Shown here: positions 45,912 to 55,674 of the stretch, in pieces
Layout of the letters: each line of letters begins with the position of its first letter
Position numbering within the stretch: the first letter of the stretch is position 1
Origin: a virus
Virus record (IMG/VR): IMGVR_UViG_3300010885_046411
Span: 8,232-72,231 of that record
Direction: 5' to 3' (one strand)
Length of the DNA stretch: 64,000 bases
Made by a program: the position numbers and the translations under genes
The notes under the pieces: model-generated
Database searches by the model: none
What the model was told of the DNA's origin: nothing
The model's input: only the letters and a program-made list of their open reading frames with translations

Positions 45912-48374
45912 ATGGCCCAATTCCCGAAAGATACCGAGCCAGAAAAAGGGTTCAAATGGCACATGGATGTTGCCAAGACCCTAGAGCAAATTTGGATGCG
46001 TACTTACCCTATGGCAGGGGGGCGTTCGCGTGTGTTAGACCTAGCTAAATATGCTACGGGCTACATGGCCCTAACACCTACGGGAAACAATACGCTCTTA
46101 GCCTCTGGCGTAACACCTGGCACGGGCAGCGCATTTGATGGCGAGGTCGTACCAAAGGCACACATAGGAGCCAATAGGCTAGAGCAAGACGATATGCTAT
46201 CGGTTATCCCTATGTTGCTTGGTACGGTAATGGGGGTATTGTCTAAGCAAGAACTACGCCCCTTGCTGGTGCCCATAGATGCAGCCAGCAATGATGTGCG
46301 CAGGGATTACGAGGCTATCATACGCACCTATAAGGCGTTTGCTGAATCGGGTATGCAGTTTACAGACCTGCTCAAACAGATAGGTCTTACGCCCGACCAA
46401 GTGCCCGATGATGATGATGAACTCCGTATGCTCTTGCAGACAAGGCCCGTGTTTAAGCAGGCCATGAATGGGGAGTTGTTCTTGGAGCAAGTCTTTGCCG
46501 AAAACAACTTAGAAGTTGTTGCACGGCAGTATCAGTTATACCTAGCCACACTAGGATGGGGTGCTGTTAAGTGTTCCTACATAAATGGGGAACACGTCTT
46601 AGAGCGTTGCCCTATGGAGGACTTCATCTTTGACCTGCGCTACCTGCAAGATGGCAATGCTAGGTATTATGGTGTAGTGCGCTACTTAAAGGTAGGCGAG
46701 ATTATAGAACGTGCCAAAGAATCTAACGGCGGAAGAGGGCTAACAGACGACCAGATAAAAGAACTCAATGCCAAGAGGGGTAGCGGCTGGTGGTATCAGA
46801 ATCAAGCGCAGCAGTTAGGGGATTTTACGGGAGATGTGAATGATTCCGTGCCCGTGCTTGACTTTGAGTATTACAGCCTATTAACCATTATTGAGCGTAC
46901 CAAATTGGGGCAAGATGGCTTCCCAAGAACGTATATAGAATCTAATAGGAAGCCGACCTCGCCAGAAGTGTTGGCGGCTAGTGAGCGTATCATATCCGAG
47001 CAAGTCTATACCGCTAATGCGTGGTATGGGGGCCAGTATGTGATAGGCACAAACATCATGTATAACTGGGGCTTAGTGGAAGGGCAGGGTAGAGACCCGC
47101 TTGCCAAAGACCCCAGAGACATGAAGATTGTAAAGCCTTGGAAGGCCATGTCCTCCTTCTACTTTGATGCCCCCGATGCTTTTGCGGGGGCTAAGAAGTC
47201 TATGGTGGAGCAGATGGTTCCCGTTGCTAGGCAGATACAGCGCACATGGAAAAACCTGTCTGCCCTTATGCAGCGTTATACGCCCTATAAGGAGGAGATA
47301 GACATGGGGTTAATGGCCGAAATAAGCTCTTCCTTTGGGGGCGGTAAAGCAATTAGTCCCCAAGAAGTTATACGCATCTATAAGACCGAGCATATTCTGT
47401 TAAAGAATACGGTTGCCACGAAGATGCACCCCAATGCAAGTGGCCGTGCTATTGAGCTTGTGCCTACACCCGATGCGCAGCAGTTACAGTTCTTGGTAGG
47501 GCAGCTAAATAGCGACATAGCCCTATTGCGCTCTATAACGGGCGTTACGGGCATTTCGTCTGGGCAGATACAGAGTGCCGAGATAACCAACTCCACGCAA
47601 ATGCTGGCCCTGCAAGGCACCGACAACGTGCTTGAGGGTATTGCCTCATCTTCCCGTAGGATGGTAGAGTATTTCTCTAAGTTGATAGTATGCCGTGAGC
47701 AATACTTACGCAGGGAACGTGAGGGGGTAAGTGGTACGCAGCCCTATAAGTTGGATGAGAGTTTCCATGATACTATCATGGGCGTAAAGGTTGTTGTTAA
47801 GCCTACGGTTTTAGAAAAGCAGAGGTTTGAGCAAGCGGCGGCGGCGGCATTAGCACGTCAGGCTATTACCCAAGCCGACTATTTCTTTGTGCTTAACATA
47901 GACAACATCCATCAGGCCGAGGAAATACTTGCGGTACGTGAGGCTAAGAGGACACGGGCGGCACAAGAGGCGGCGGCGCAGAACCAGCAAATGACGATAC
48001 AAGGGCAGCAAGAATCTGCTATGGCTACGCACCAGATGAAGATGGAGCAGATTAAGGCTGAGATAGATGGCAAGATTATGCTCCAGCGTATTGAGAACGA
48101 TGGCTTGCTGGCTGTGGAGGCATTGCGTGCGCAGGCGGCTCAAAATAATAACATGATAACCCCTATGCTTACAGAGGCCGTTAAGGCCGTGCTTAATGGG
48201 GGCGATAAGCCTAACGCTAAGAAGGGGGAGGAGATACTAAAGTCTATCCTCAATAATGCACAAGGGCCGCAACAGCAGCCCATGCAACAACAACAAGAGC
48301 CTGCTGCCGTTGAGCAGGCCGAGCCTATGCAGGAGCCGATGGCTCAGGAGCAGGCTGAGGTGCCTGTGGCGTAG
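45912..48374 (+). CDS. portal protein (crAss-like)
   Basis: 820 aa; MAQFP start, IDAAS, WYGGQYVIGT, ITGV, Gln-rich C-terminal coiled coil; precedes scaffold and capsid. Confidence 0.85.
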   Translation: MAQFPKDTEPEKGFKWHMDVAKTLEQIWMRTYPMAGGRSRVLDLAKYATGYMALTPTGNNTLLASGVTPGTGSAFDGEVVPKAHIGANRLEQDDMLSVIPMLLGTVMGVLSKQELRPLLVPIDAASNDVRRDYEAIIRTYKAFAESGMQFTDLLKQIGLTPDQVPDDDDELRMLLQTRPVFKQAMNGELFLEQVFAENNLEVVARQYQLYLATLGWGAVKCSYINGEHVLERCPMEDFIFDLRYLQDGNARYYGVVRYLKVGEIIERAKESNGGRGLTDDQIKELNAKRGSGWWYQNQAQQLGDFTGDVNDSVPVLDFEYYSLLTIIERTKLGQDGFPRTYIESNRKPTSPEVLAASERIISEQVYTANAWYGGQYVIGTNIMYNWGLVEGQGRDPLAKDPRDMKIVKPWKAMSSFYFDAPDAFAGAKKSMVEQMVPVARQIQRTWKNLSALMQRYTPYKEEIDMGLMAEISSSFGGGKAISPQEVIRIYKTEHILLKNTVATKMHPNASGRAIELVPTPDAQQLQFLVGQLNSDIALLRSITGVTGISSGQIQSAEITNSTQMLALQGTDNVLEGIASSSRRMVEYFSKLIVCREQYLRREREGVSGTQPYKLDESFHDTIMGVKVVVKPTVLEKQRFEQAAAAALARQAITQADYFFVLNIDNIHQAEEILAVREAKRTRAAQEAAAQNQQMTIQGQQESAMATHQMKMEQIKAEIDGKIMLQRIENDGLLAVEALRAQAAQNNNMITPMLTEAVKAVLNGGDKPNAKKGEEILKSILNNAQGPQQQPMQQQQEPAAVEQAEPMQEPMAQEQAEVPVA

Positions 48375-48504
48375 GAGGCGATGCTTTTGTTAGTTCTTTG
48401 GCGTAAAAAGAACGAGGCCCAAGTGTATCCCACAAAACTTGATGTAAGAAAAAATCACCTTTCAACTTTTTTTATCTTTACCCTTGTAATAACCCCATCC
48501 CCTT

Positions 48505-49653
48505 ATGGAAGAGCCAAGATTTGTCGTTACAGCAGTAACCCCTAATGGAGAAAGCACCGTTATTGAAGGGCAAGAGTACCTTCAAAACCCTACTTTCAAT
48601 GCTGGCGGCAACCCCAACCAACAAGAACCCGACCCAGCCCAAACAGCCACCGAGCCTGTAGCCCCTACGGCCCCGCATGAGCCTACCGCCGAGCAAATAA
48701 ATGCCGCCATACAAGCAAAGTATGGCTATGCCTCTATGGAGGCTATACAAGCCCGTATTGACTATGCCGAGCGTGTCAATGCCCCCTACGCCCAAGAAGT
48801 CCTTAAAGCCTTTGAGGACAACCCCGACAGCATCCAAGAACTAGCGTTCTTGAAATCGGGCAAGTATAAGACTATGGCCGAGGCCGACCCCGCCGCCCTC
48901 CTTAAACTTGGCATACAGCGTGAGTATAAGGATGCGCCACCCGTGTACATTGAACGCGAGTTCCGCAATAGATTTGGGACACCGCCCCCTAAGCCTGCCG
49001 AACTAGACGAGTTCTCTACGGAAGATGAACGCGCCGAATTTGCCGCAGCGCAGCGCACCTATGAAGATGAAATATCTGCCTACAACTACGCCCTACGTGT
49101 AGCCTCTGGTAAGGTAGTATCTACTCTTGATGAGGAGGCCAAACGGTTTAGTTGGGAGCGTGAGCAGCCAGCCCCGACAGCCGCCCCCGCTGTATTGCTT
49201 GCCCAAGCACGGGAGGCATTGACGAAAGAGTTTAAGTTGGAGATTCCTGCGGGACGGATATTTGAGGGTAGCCCTGACTTCTCATATACTTTTGAGGAGT
49301 TGCCAGAGCAATTAAGGCAGGAGCTAGAGATTGCAAAGGCCGACCCCGCCACCCATTTCATTAACACTGTATATGGGGGCGATTTGTCAAACCAGCCCGA
49401 CACGGCTGCGTATGTAAGACTGTTCGCCGCATCACGCATGTTAGAGGATGTTGTTAAAAAAGTTGGCACAGAGCGGTTTGCTCAAGGTCAAAAAAACAGC
49501 AGCCAACATATTGCGCAAAACCTAGCGGGTGTCCAACCTACGCTGCCAAGCCAAGGTAGCCCTAATAACAATGCAGGTGGTAACGGTGGGTACACCGAAA
49601 CTGCTGTGCGTACAGGGCCACAACGCAAAGACATCTGGGGCCGACCTATTTAG
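48505..49653 (+). CDS. capsid scaffolding protein
   Basis: acidic, Pro-rich, helical; located between portal and capsid. Confidence 0.65.
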   Translation: MEEPRFVVTAVTPNGESTVIEGQEYLQNPTFNAGGNPNQQEPDPAQTATEPVAPTAPHEPTAEQINAAIQAKYGYASMEAIQARIDYAERVNAPYAQEVLKAFEDNPDSIQELAFLKSGKYKTMAEADPAALLKLGIQREYKDAPPVYIEREFRNRFGTPPPKPAELDEFSTEDERAEFAAAQRTYEDEISAYNYALRVASGKVVSTLDEEAKRFSWEREQPAPTAAPAVLLAQAREALTKEFKLEIPAGRIFEGSPDFSYTFEELPEQLRQELEIAKADPATHFINTVYGGDLSNQPDTAAYVRLFAASRMLEDVVKKVGTERFAQGQKNSSQHIAQNLAGVQPTLPSQGSPNNNAGGNGGYTETAVRTGPQRKDIWGRPI

Positions 49654-49705
49654 GTCTGGCCCATTTCTCCAACCACAAAAACCCCAATCCCCCGACTAAA
49701 ACCCA

Positions 49706-51091
49706 ATGAACCAGATTGCTAACAACCCGCAAGGGAACGTAGGCGGTTTTGACCCAGCGTTAGTGAACGGTGACTATCTTTTGAAGTACGCCGACCTAAA
49801 AAAACAGGGTGTAGCCAACTACAACGACGTAGGTTTCTACGACGAAATTGAGCAGATATATGGCGGCTCATACGAAGCCTCCCGCTCCGATGCCATCTTC
49901 CACTATGAGATGGGGTCTGTATCTACAGGCGCAACCGTATTGTCTGTATCAGGTACGGCTGCCGAAGTAACCATCACCCTTGACCCTGCCTCGGTTATTG
50001 GCCGTGCGGGTGTTGTAGGCGCAACAGCATACTACAAATCTACTTTAGTAGTAGGCCAGCGTGTGCGTGTAGCCAACGGTGCTGTGCAAGCCATTGTTAA
50101 AACCTCTGACGCATCTTCTACGTCGGCTTCGGGCCACACTGTAGTGTTGCGGCGTGATGATAGCTCCACCTTTGATATGACTACCATTGCCGTTGGCGAT
50201 GCTATCATACCTCTGGATAACGTGCAGGCCAAAGGTGGCGGCATGGTTGATGGCACCACACAGTTGTACAGCCTATTCCAAGCCCAACTGCAAATCTTCC
50301 GTAATGGTATCTCTGCCATGACGGGCACAGATGAGGCAGGTATTGTTTACAACGTATCTGATGGGCAAGGCAACTTTAGCCAGTACAACAAGGCTACGGC
50401 GATTGCGGCCATCCTTCACAAGTTGGACATCGCCTACGCTGCCATGTACTCAGAAGGTGGCAGCTACACCTTGGCTGATGGCGTACACACTGCCTTCAAA
50501 GGTATGTACAAGTTGGCCCAAGACTTCGGCAACACACAAAACATCCCTAAAGGTGGGTTTGTGCTTGAGGACTTGTATGCCCTAACGCAGTACCAAGTTA
50601 CCGAACAAGGCGGCGATACTTTACTGTTGCGTTCTACCCTAAACCTGTCAAATGACATTGACTTGTCTATGGGAGACCGCTTCAAAAACGGTGCGGTTGT
50701 GTACAACCAAAAGCTCCTTGACTTTGGCTTCTCAGGCTTTGACTTGGGCGGTGTGCGTGTGATGAAAAAATACGCCAGCGAATCTATGCACAAGTTCCGT
50801 GGTACGCTCGGCCTAGCCGATAAGTACAACTACTCTGGCATAGTATTCCCGATGTCAGAAGGTCATGGTGTAGGCACAGGCAAAGGTATTGTTACCACTG
50901 GCACGTTGCCTACTATGACATGGCGTTATCTGACTGGCTCTGCCCCTGGTAACCAAACTCGCCGCTACCGTATGGTCTATAAAAATATAGACAACAACGG
51001 TGGCCTTGATACCACGCAGATGAACATTCTCTCTGAGCAGGCTTTGCAGGTAACCTCGCCAAGCAAGTTGCAACTTATCCTAGGCTCTTAG
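49706..51091 (+). CDS. major capsid protein
   Basis: 461 aa, position after the scaffold, LDFGFSGF motif, LSEQALQV C-terminus, strong terminator follows. Confidence 0.85.
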   Translation: MNQIANNPQGNVGGFDPALVNGDYLLKYADLKKQGVANYNDVGFYDEIEQIYGGSYEASRSDAIFHYEMGSVSTGATVLSVSGTAAEVTITLDPASVIGRAGVVGATAYYKSTLVVGQRVRVANGAVQAIVKTSDASSTSASGHTVVLRRDDSSTFDMTTIAVGDAIIPLDNVQAKGGGMVDGTTQLYSLFQAQLQIFRNGISAMTGTDEAGIVYNVSDGQGNFSQYNKATAIAAILHKLDIAYAAMYSEGGSYTLADGVHTAFKGMYKLAQDFGNTQNIPKGGFVLEDLYALTQYQVTEQGGDTLLLRSTLNLSNDIDLSMGDRFKNGAVVYNQKLLDFGFSGFDLGGVRVMKKYASESMHKFRGTLGLADKYNYSGIVFPMSEGHGVGTGKGIVTTGTLPTMTWRYLTGSAPGNQTRRYRMVYKNIDNNGGLDTTQMNILSEQALQVTSPSKLQLILGS

Positions 51092-51126
51092 TCTGGATAG
51101 GTTCACTCAATAAGGGAAGCAATTTT

Positions 51127-51158
51127 GCCCTGCCTTGCCAACGCAAGGTGGGGCTTTT
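51127..51158 (+). terminator. intrinsic terminator after the capsid gene
   Basis: GCCCTGCCTTGC-caac-GCAAGGTGGGGC then TTTT. Confidence 0.75.
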
Positions 51159-51162
51159 GCTT

Positions 51163-51780
51163 TTAGAATATCTGTATTTGCGACTGGTGTTTAATAAGCC
51201 GTTTAACGGCTTTCTCTAAGTATTCCTCATCTTGCTCAATAACCGTTAGCTTAAATCCCATATCGTGGCAGGCTATTGCTATGCTAAGAGAGCCGCCGTG
51301 CGTGTCCAAAATAGTATCACCTTCTTTGGCGTAGTTTTTTAGAAGCCACTTGTATAGGGCAACGGGTTTTTGAGTAGGGTGAATTTTGCCCTGCTCCGTT
51401 AAGACTGAATACCTAAATATTTTAGCTGGCTTCTGGATAGAACACCACGCAAGTTCTGCCATCGCTAGGCTAAAATCTTCTGGCTGTTTCTTATCCCAAA
51501 TGATATAGTTTTGAGTTGGCGGCAATGGGAAATAATTACCACCCCACACTATTTGGCTTAATGTTTTAGCAAAAAATGCGCCAAAATACTTTTCATCTGG
51601 TATCGCATTGTCCCAGCCCTTTTTTTTGTGCATCTGCCGCACTGAGTTATTAGCAATGCCAATGCCATACGGCGGGTCGCAAATAGCAAGGTCATACTCT
51701 TTATCCTTTGCTTGGGCCAGCAAGTCCATACAATCACCGTGATAGACGGTTATCCCTTGGTGTTCATAGTATAATTTCAC
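51163..51780 (-). CDS. DNA adenine methyltransferase (beta class)
   Basis: DPPY, HPTQKP, LDTHGGS motifs; TATATTTG-ttgc-GTG. Confidence 0.9.
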   Translation of the reverse strand: MKLYYEHQGITVYHGDCMDLLAQAKDKEYDLAICDPPYGIGIANNSVRQMHKKKGWDNAIPDEKYFGAFFAKTLSQIVWGGNYFPLPPTQNYIIWDKKQPEDFSLAMAELAWCSIQKPAKIFRYSVLTEQGKIHPTQKPVALYKWLLKNYAKEGDTILDTHGGSLSIAIACHDMGFKLTVIEQDEEYLEKAVKRLIKHQSQIQIF

Positions 51781-51858
51781 GCAACAAATATAAACGGCCT
51801 GCCCAAAAAACGGCCTTAAAACTTATTTTATATTTGGGTACACAAAAAATCACAACGT

Positions 51859-52881
51859 ATGCGAAAGAGAATTGTGCCCGTAGGCGCAGGTGTTACAGAA
51901 ACCTTTAACGAAATCCCTGCGGCCCTAGATAAACTGCTTGCCGAGGCCATGAACATATACAAGGTCAAAGGCCAATTTGCCAAGGTAGCTATCATACGCT
52001 CCCCACAAAAGACCATTGAGAATGTACGTGTAGGTGGCCCCGAATTGCTAGACGGTGGCGTACACCCTATGAGCCTACCCGCTAACCCTACCCGCATCTG
52101 GGGCACTCGCCATGTCCACAACCGCTTTGATAGAGACTGGTATGACCCAGAAAAAGAAGAATACTACCCTCTCAAGATGGGCTTTTTTGTGGACAACCCC
52201 AAGGCAGACAAGAAATTTGCGCCTATTGAAATACGTGGCGGCGTGCGTAGGCTAGACACACGGGTATTGCCCGACCGTGAACTGCTAGAGTACCTACTTG
52301 TATGCCCCTATGTAGAGGGCAACATTATCTCCGACAGGGAGCCTATCGGCGGCTGGCAAGCATCTATTGACAAGCCAGAGAAAAGCGCACGGGAGAAAAC
52401 AGAAGACGGGCGCGTTATCACTCTTGCCAAGTCGGCGGTGTACTCATTCAGCAGCACTACCCCCGAAAAGAACCACATCCCCGCCTACAAAGAACTGCTA
52501 TACAAAATTGGCTACCCAAGCATTGTAAAACAGAACTCCGCTATGGCTACCGAAGATGAGGCTGCCATCTATATGCAGAACATCTTGGAGATGTGCGACG
52601 ATGCCAAATTAGCCGCACGTATTAAGGCTGTGATAGACGGCACCGACCAACGGGCCACGAAACGCATAGCCATTTTTGAGGCTATTGACGACAACCGCAT
52701 CTATTGGGATGCCAATGAGTGCGCCGTTAAGTTAGACCGCAACAGCGAGGCATACAAACGCTTCTACCGCCCCATAGAAGAATCTATTGACTTGTTCGTA
52801 GATTGGGTAGAGACCGACCCTGTAGGTGAGCAGTTCTTCCGCGACCACATAAAGCCCAAGAAGGCAGCAGCGACTAAGTAA
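51859..52881 (+). CDS. conserved head-module protein (position of crAss gene 75)
   Basis: 340 aa downstream of the capsid gene; -7 element at 51829; assignment mainly by synteny. Confidence 0.55.
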   Translation: MRKRIVPVGAGVTETFNEIPAALDKLLAEAMNIYKVKGQFAKVAIIRSPQKTIENVRVGGPELLDGGVHPMSLPANPTRIWGTRHVHNRFDRDWYDPEKEEYYPLKMGFFVDNPKADKKFAPIEIRGGVRRLDTRVLPDRELLEYLLVCPYVEGNIISDREPIGGWQASIDKPEKSAREKTEDGRVITLAKSAVYSFSSTTPEKNHIPAYKELLYKIGYPSIVKQNSAMATEDEAAIYMQNILEMCDDAKLAARIKAVIDGTDQRATKRIAIFEAIDDNRIYWDANECAVKLDRNSEAYKRFYRPIEESIDLFVDWVETDPVGEQFFRDHIKPKKAAATK

Positions 52882-53090
52882 TGGCTACCATACAAGACAT
52901 GCGTGATTTACACGCCGAGCGTATAGCCCGATTCTTGCGTGATAATGCAGGGCTTATGAAGCGTGTGCCCGACTTCTTTAAGAAAGAGATGGAGGTTATG
53001 GATGCCTATGACAAGGACATCCAAGAGGGGCTTACCGATGCGGCGGCTGAAAAGCTAACGTGGCTACAAGAGAATATGCGGCCCGTATAA
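52881..53090 (+). CDS. hypothetical protein
   Basis: 69 aa, TAATG coupling. Confidence 0.6.
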   Translation: MATIQDMRDLHAERIARFLRDNAGLMKRVPDFFKKEMEVMDAYDKDIQEGLTDAAAEKLTWLQENMRPV

Positions 53091-53117
53091 ACGGCAACCA
53101 TATTCTCCATTTTAAAT

Positions 53118-53153
53118 AGACCCCATTGTAATCACAGTGGGGTCTTACTTTTG
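53118..53153 (+). terminator. terminator hairpin whose T-tract doubles as the next -7 element
   Basis: AGACCCCATTGT-aatc-ACAGTGGGGTCT then TACTTTTG. Confidence 0.55.
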
Positions 53154-53157
53154 TAGT

Positions 53158-53982
53158 GTGATACAAAAACTACGACACGTATATCGGTTAGGAGATAAGA
53201 CACTGCCGTCTTATTTATACGCCCTTCAAGCATGGTCAGTGCTGGAGGCCAGAGACCTATACCCCGACCTACCCTTTGAGTTTTGGGGGGATAAGAGTAT
53301 GATAGATATGGTCGTAAAAACGAAGCTATCTTGCCTCTATACCTCTATACATCTATTGCCCGACAAAGACCATATAGATACGGGCTTATTCTGGGCAATG
53401 GATAAGATGCGCCTATGTGGCCCCAATATCTTAATGATAGATACGGATGCCGTGCTTCATACGCAAATAGATGATACGCGCTTAGTGGTTGCTCACCTAG
53501 AGGATAACCCTTATATGCCGATAGAGCATTACACGCCCAATAATTACAAGTGGCCTGAATGGTATAACCATAACTCCACACAAATGTTTAACACGTCTTT
53601 GCTTTACTTCCCGCACGGTAACATTTTTAAGGAATGGCTATCTAGTGCGTTAGCGTATGCTAGCTCGGTAACATTTGATATTGACAACGCATACCACTTC
53701 GTACCTATAAAATATGATTGGGAGTTGATTTGCTTGATTGAGCAGAAGTTTTTATATGACTTGGTATCTTCTACTGATTCGCTTGTGCAATATGCCAAGC
53801 ATATTTCCATGCCAGAAGGGCAAAAGCCGTACTCGCATTTGGGCTTTAAGAAAACGCTATTAGCGCAAGAGGGCAAAGATGCCGAAGATAAGTATTGCCA
53901 AGAGAAGATACTAGCCAATGTCTTTAACCTTCGGCATCAATACTTTGGCAGGGTAATGGACATAGAGAAACGGGCAAGGTAG
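53158..53982 (+). CDS. DUF6734-like nucleotide-diphospho-sugar transferase
   Basis: FWAMDK, MIDTD (DxD), FNTSL, IEQ, YSHL motifs; GTG start 4 nt after TACTTTTG. Confidence 0.65.
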   Translation: MIQKLRHVYRLGDKTLPSYLYALQAWSVLEARDLYPDLPFEFWGDKSMIDMVVKTKLSCLYTSIHLLPDKDHIDTGLFWAMDKMRLCGPNILMIDTDAVLHTQIDDTRLVVAHLEDNPYMPIEHYTPNNYKWPEWYNHNSTQMFNTSLLYFPHGNIFKEWLSSALAYASSVTFDIDNAYHFVPIKYDWELICLIEQKFLYDLVSSTDSLVQYAKHISMPEGQKPYSHLGFKKTLLAQEGKDAEDKYCQEKILANVFNLRHQYFGRVMDIEKRAR

Positions 53983-54048
53983 TACGCTGATATATAAGGG
54001 GCTTGGGGGATGTATTACTTTTGTGCATAACCAAACCCCGTATTTAAA

Positions 54049-54810
54049 GTGCCTATCCCAACTACAACCGACACGTTCTCCAATATCAAGTTTTACCGTG
54101 ATAATACGACCAACCGTGCTATCGCTGTATCTGCTTCTGGTAGTGGCACCCCAATCAACGAGTTGGGGCAGCTTGCCACATTAGCGGGAACCCTAGCCTC
54201 TAGCGGCACGACCGTTACGGGCACATCCACCACATTCACCTCGCAGGTTGCCGTAGGGGATATCCTCTATACGGGGGCTGGCCCCACTTTCCTTGGTATT
54301 GTTGCTGCGATAGCCAGCAATACATCTCTTACGCTAGAGGCTGCCCCTGCGGTAGCCGTTTCTGGTGCAACAGGCTACGGCCAAACAGGCTTTAGGCTGG
54401 CGGTGAATGAGAAGGTGCTAGTGCGTATTCCTGCTGTAACCGTATCTGGCACGCAGGTGAGCGTAGCAACACCATACCATGCTCGCACACCTATCAGTGG
54501 CAATTCGGGCAACCTAGCCAATCCTGCCTACTATGCCTGCTTCCAAGAATCAACCGTAGGTTCCCCCAACTCACCCATCTCGCCTACGAGCATTAACCTT
54601 ACCCTCAACAGGCTTAACAGCTATGCTAATGATGGCACTTACATCACGGCCCTGCCATCGTTTACGTGGCTAGCGTTATCGCCGCTTGGAGGTGTAGGAT
54701 TTATCTCGGCCAAAACCATTTACGACTTCTTCACCAATGAGACGCTTCCAAACTATCAGATAACTGTTGGCGTAACCCCTTATTCTGACACGCTCTTAGG
54801 CTATTTGTAG
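54049..54810 (+). CDS. virion structural protein (decoration/fibre-like)
   Basis: Thr/Ser/Gly-rich; TTVTGTSTTFTS.VAVGD motif; -7 element at 54016. Confidence 0.65.
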   Translation: MPIPTTTDTFSNIKFYRDNTTNRAIAVSASGSGTPINELGQLATLAGTLASSGTTVTGTSTTFTSQVAVGDILYTGAGPTFLGIVAAIASNTSLTLEAAPAVAVSGATGYGQTGFRLAVNEKVLVRIPAVTVSGTQVSVATPYHARTPISGNSGNLANPAYYACFQESTVGSPNSPISPTSINLTLNRLNSYANDGTYITALPSFTWLALSPLGGVGFISAKTIYDFFTNETLPNYQITVGVTPYSDTLLGYL

Positions 54811-54813
54811 AAC

Positions 54814-55674
54814 ATGGCTAAAGTACGGGTTATATCCGCAGGGATAGCACGAGTACGTGTTATCCCTCTTGAACGCAATTTAAGGGTTATCTCGGCGGGG
54901 TATGCACAAGTGCGTGTAATACCCCTAGAGAGGAAGGTGCGTTTGATTTCTAGCGGATATGCCCAAGTGCGCCTTATCCCGTTAGAGCGTAAGGTACGGA
55001 TTATAACGGCTGGCACCGCCAATGTGCGGGTGATTACCTATAGCCGCACCGAGCTAAACCTACGCCTATCGGCTACGGCCATGATGTCCTCGGACTGCTC
55101 CACCATGACCCTAACGGATTCTACGGGGGTATATCCTACAGACCCAAGCGGCTACAACCCAGAGACCGCAGCCTATGACCCTCTACGCCCAAAGCGGTCT
55201 GAATTAAACTTGTATTGGGCCTATAGAAGTTACACGCTAGATGAGGTTACGGGGGCTGTAGATATAACTACCTACAACCCAACCTCGCAAACGCCTACTT
55301 TAATACCTTGGCAGTTGTCGGCCTCGCTGCCAGCCCAAGGGGTCTATCAAGCCTACCTAATGGGCTTACCCCTATCTGCCAACTATGCGTTTTATGTGGG
55401 CAATAGCATCCCAGAAACGGCGGCACAAGCCGATGGATGGTTTGTGGTGCCTGTGCCCGTGCTGGCGGGGTGTGCTGTTATTGCCTGCGTAAATGAGGCA
55501 CTAGATAGCCAGTCTAACAACGTTCTTGCTGGCGGGTGCGATACGTGCTATGAACAGAAGGGGTTGCTTATGCGTGGCCTTGCCTCTGCCCTAGCCGATA
55601 ACGATATGACTGCTGCGGCAACCTTGTTTGACAGTTTACAAACACTCTGCGGGGAGGCGGATTGCGGATGCTAA
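54814..55674 (+). CDS. tail hub-like structural protein with N-terminal 19-aa tandem repeats
   Basis: about 4x KVRVISAGYAQVRVIPLER, then TLTDSTGVY...GY and a Cys-rich helical end (CGC). Confidence 0.6.
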   Translation: MAKVRVISAGIARVRVIPLERNLRVISAGYAQVRVIPLERKVRLISSGYAQVRLIPLERKVRIITAGTANVRVITYSRTELNLRLSATAMMSSDCSTMTLTDSTGVYPTDPSGYNPETAAYDPLRPKRSELNLYWAYRSYTLDEVTGAVDITTYNPTSQTPTLIPWQLSASLPAQGVYQAYLMGLPLSANYAFYVGNSIPETAAQADGWFVVPVPVLAGCAVIACVNEALDSQSNNVLAGGCDTCYEQKGLLMRGLASALADNDMTAAATLFDSLQTLCGEADCGC

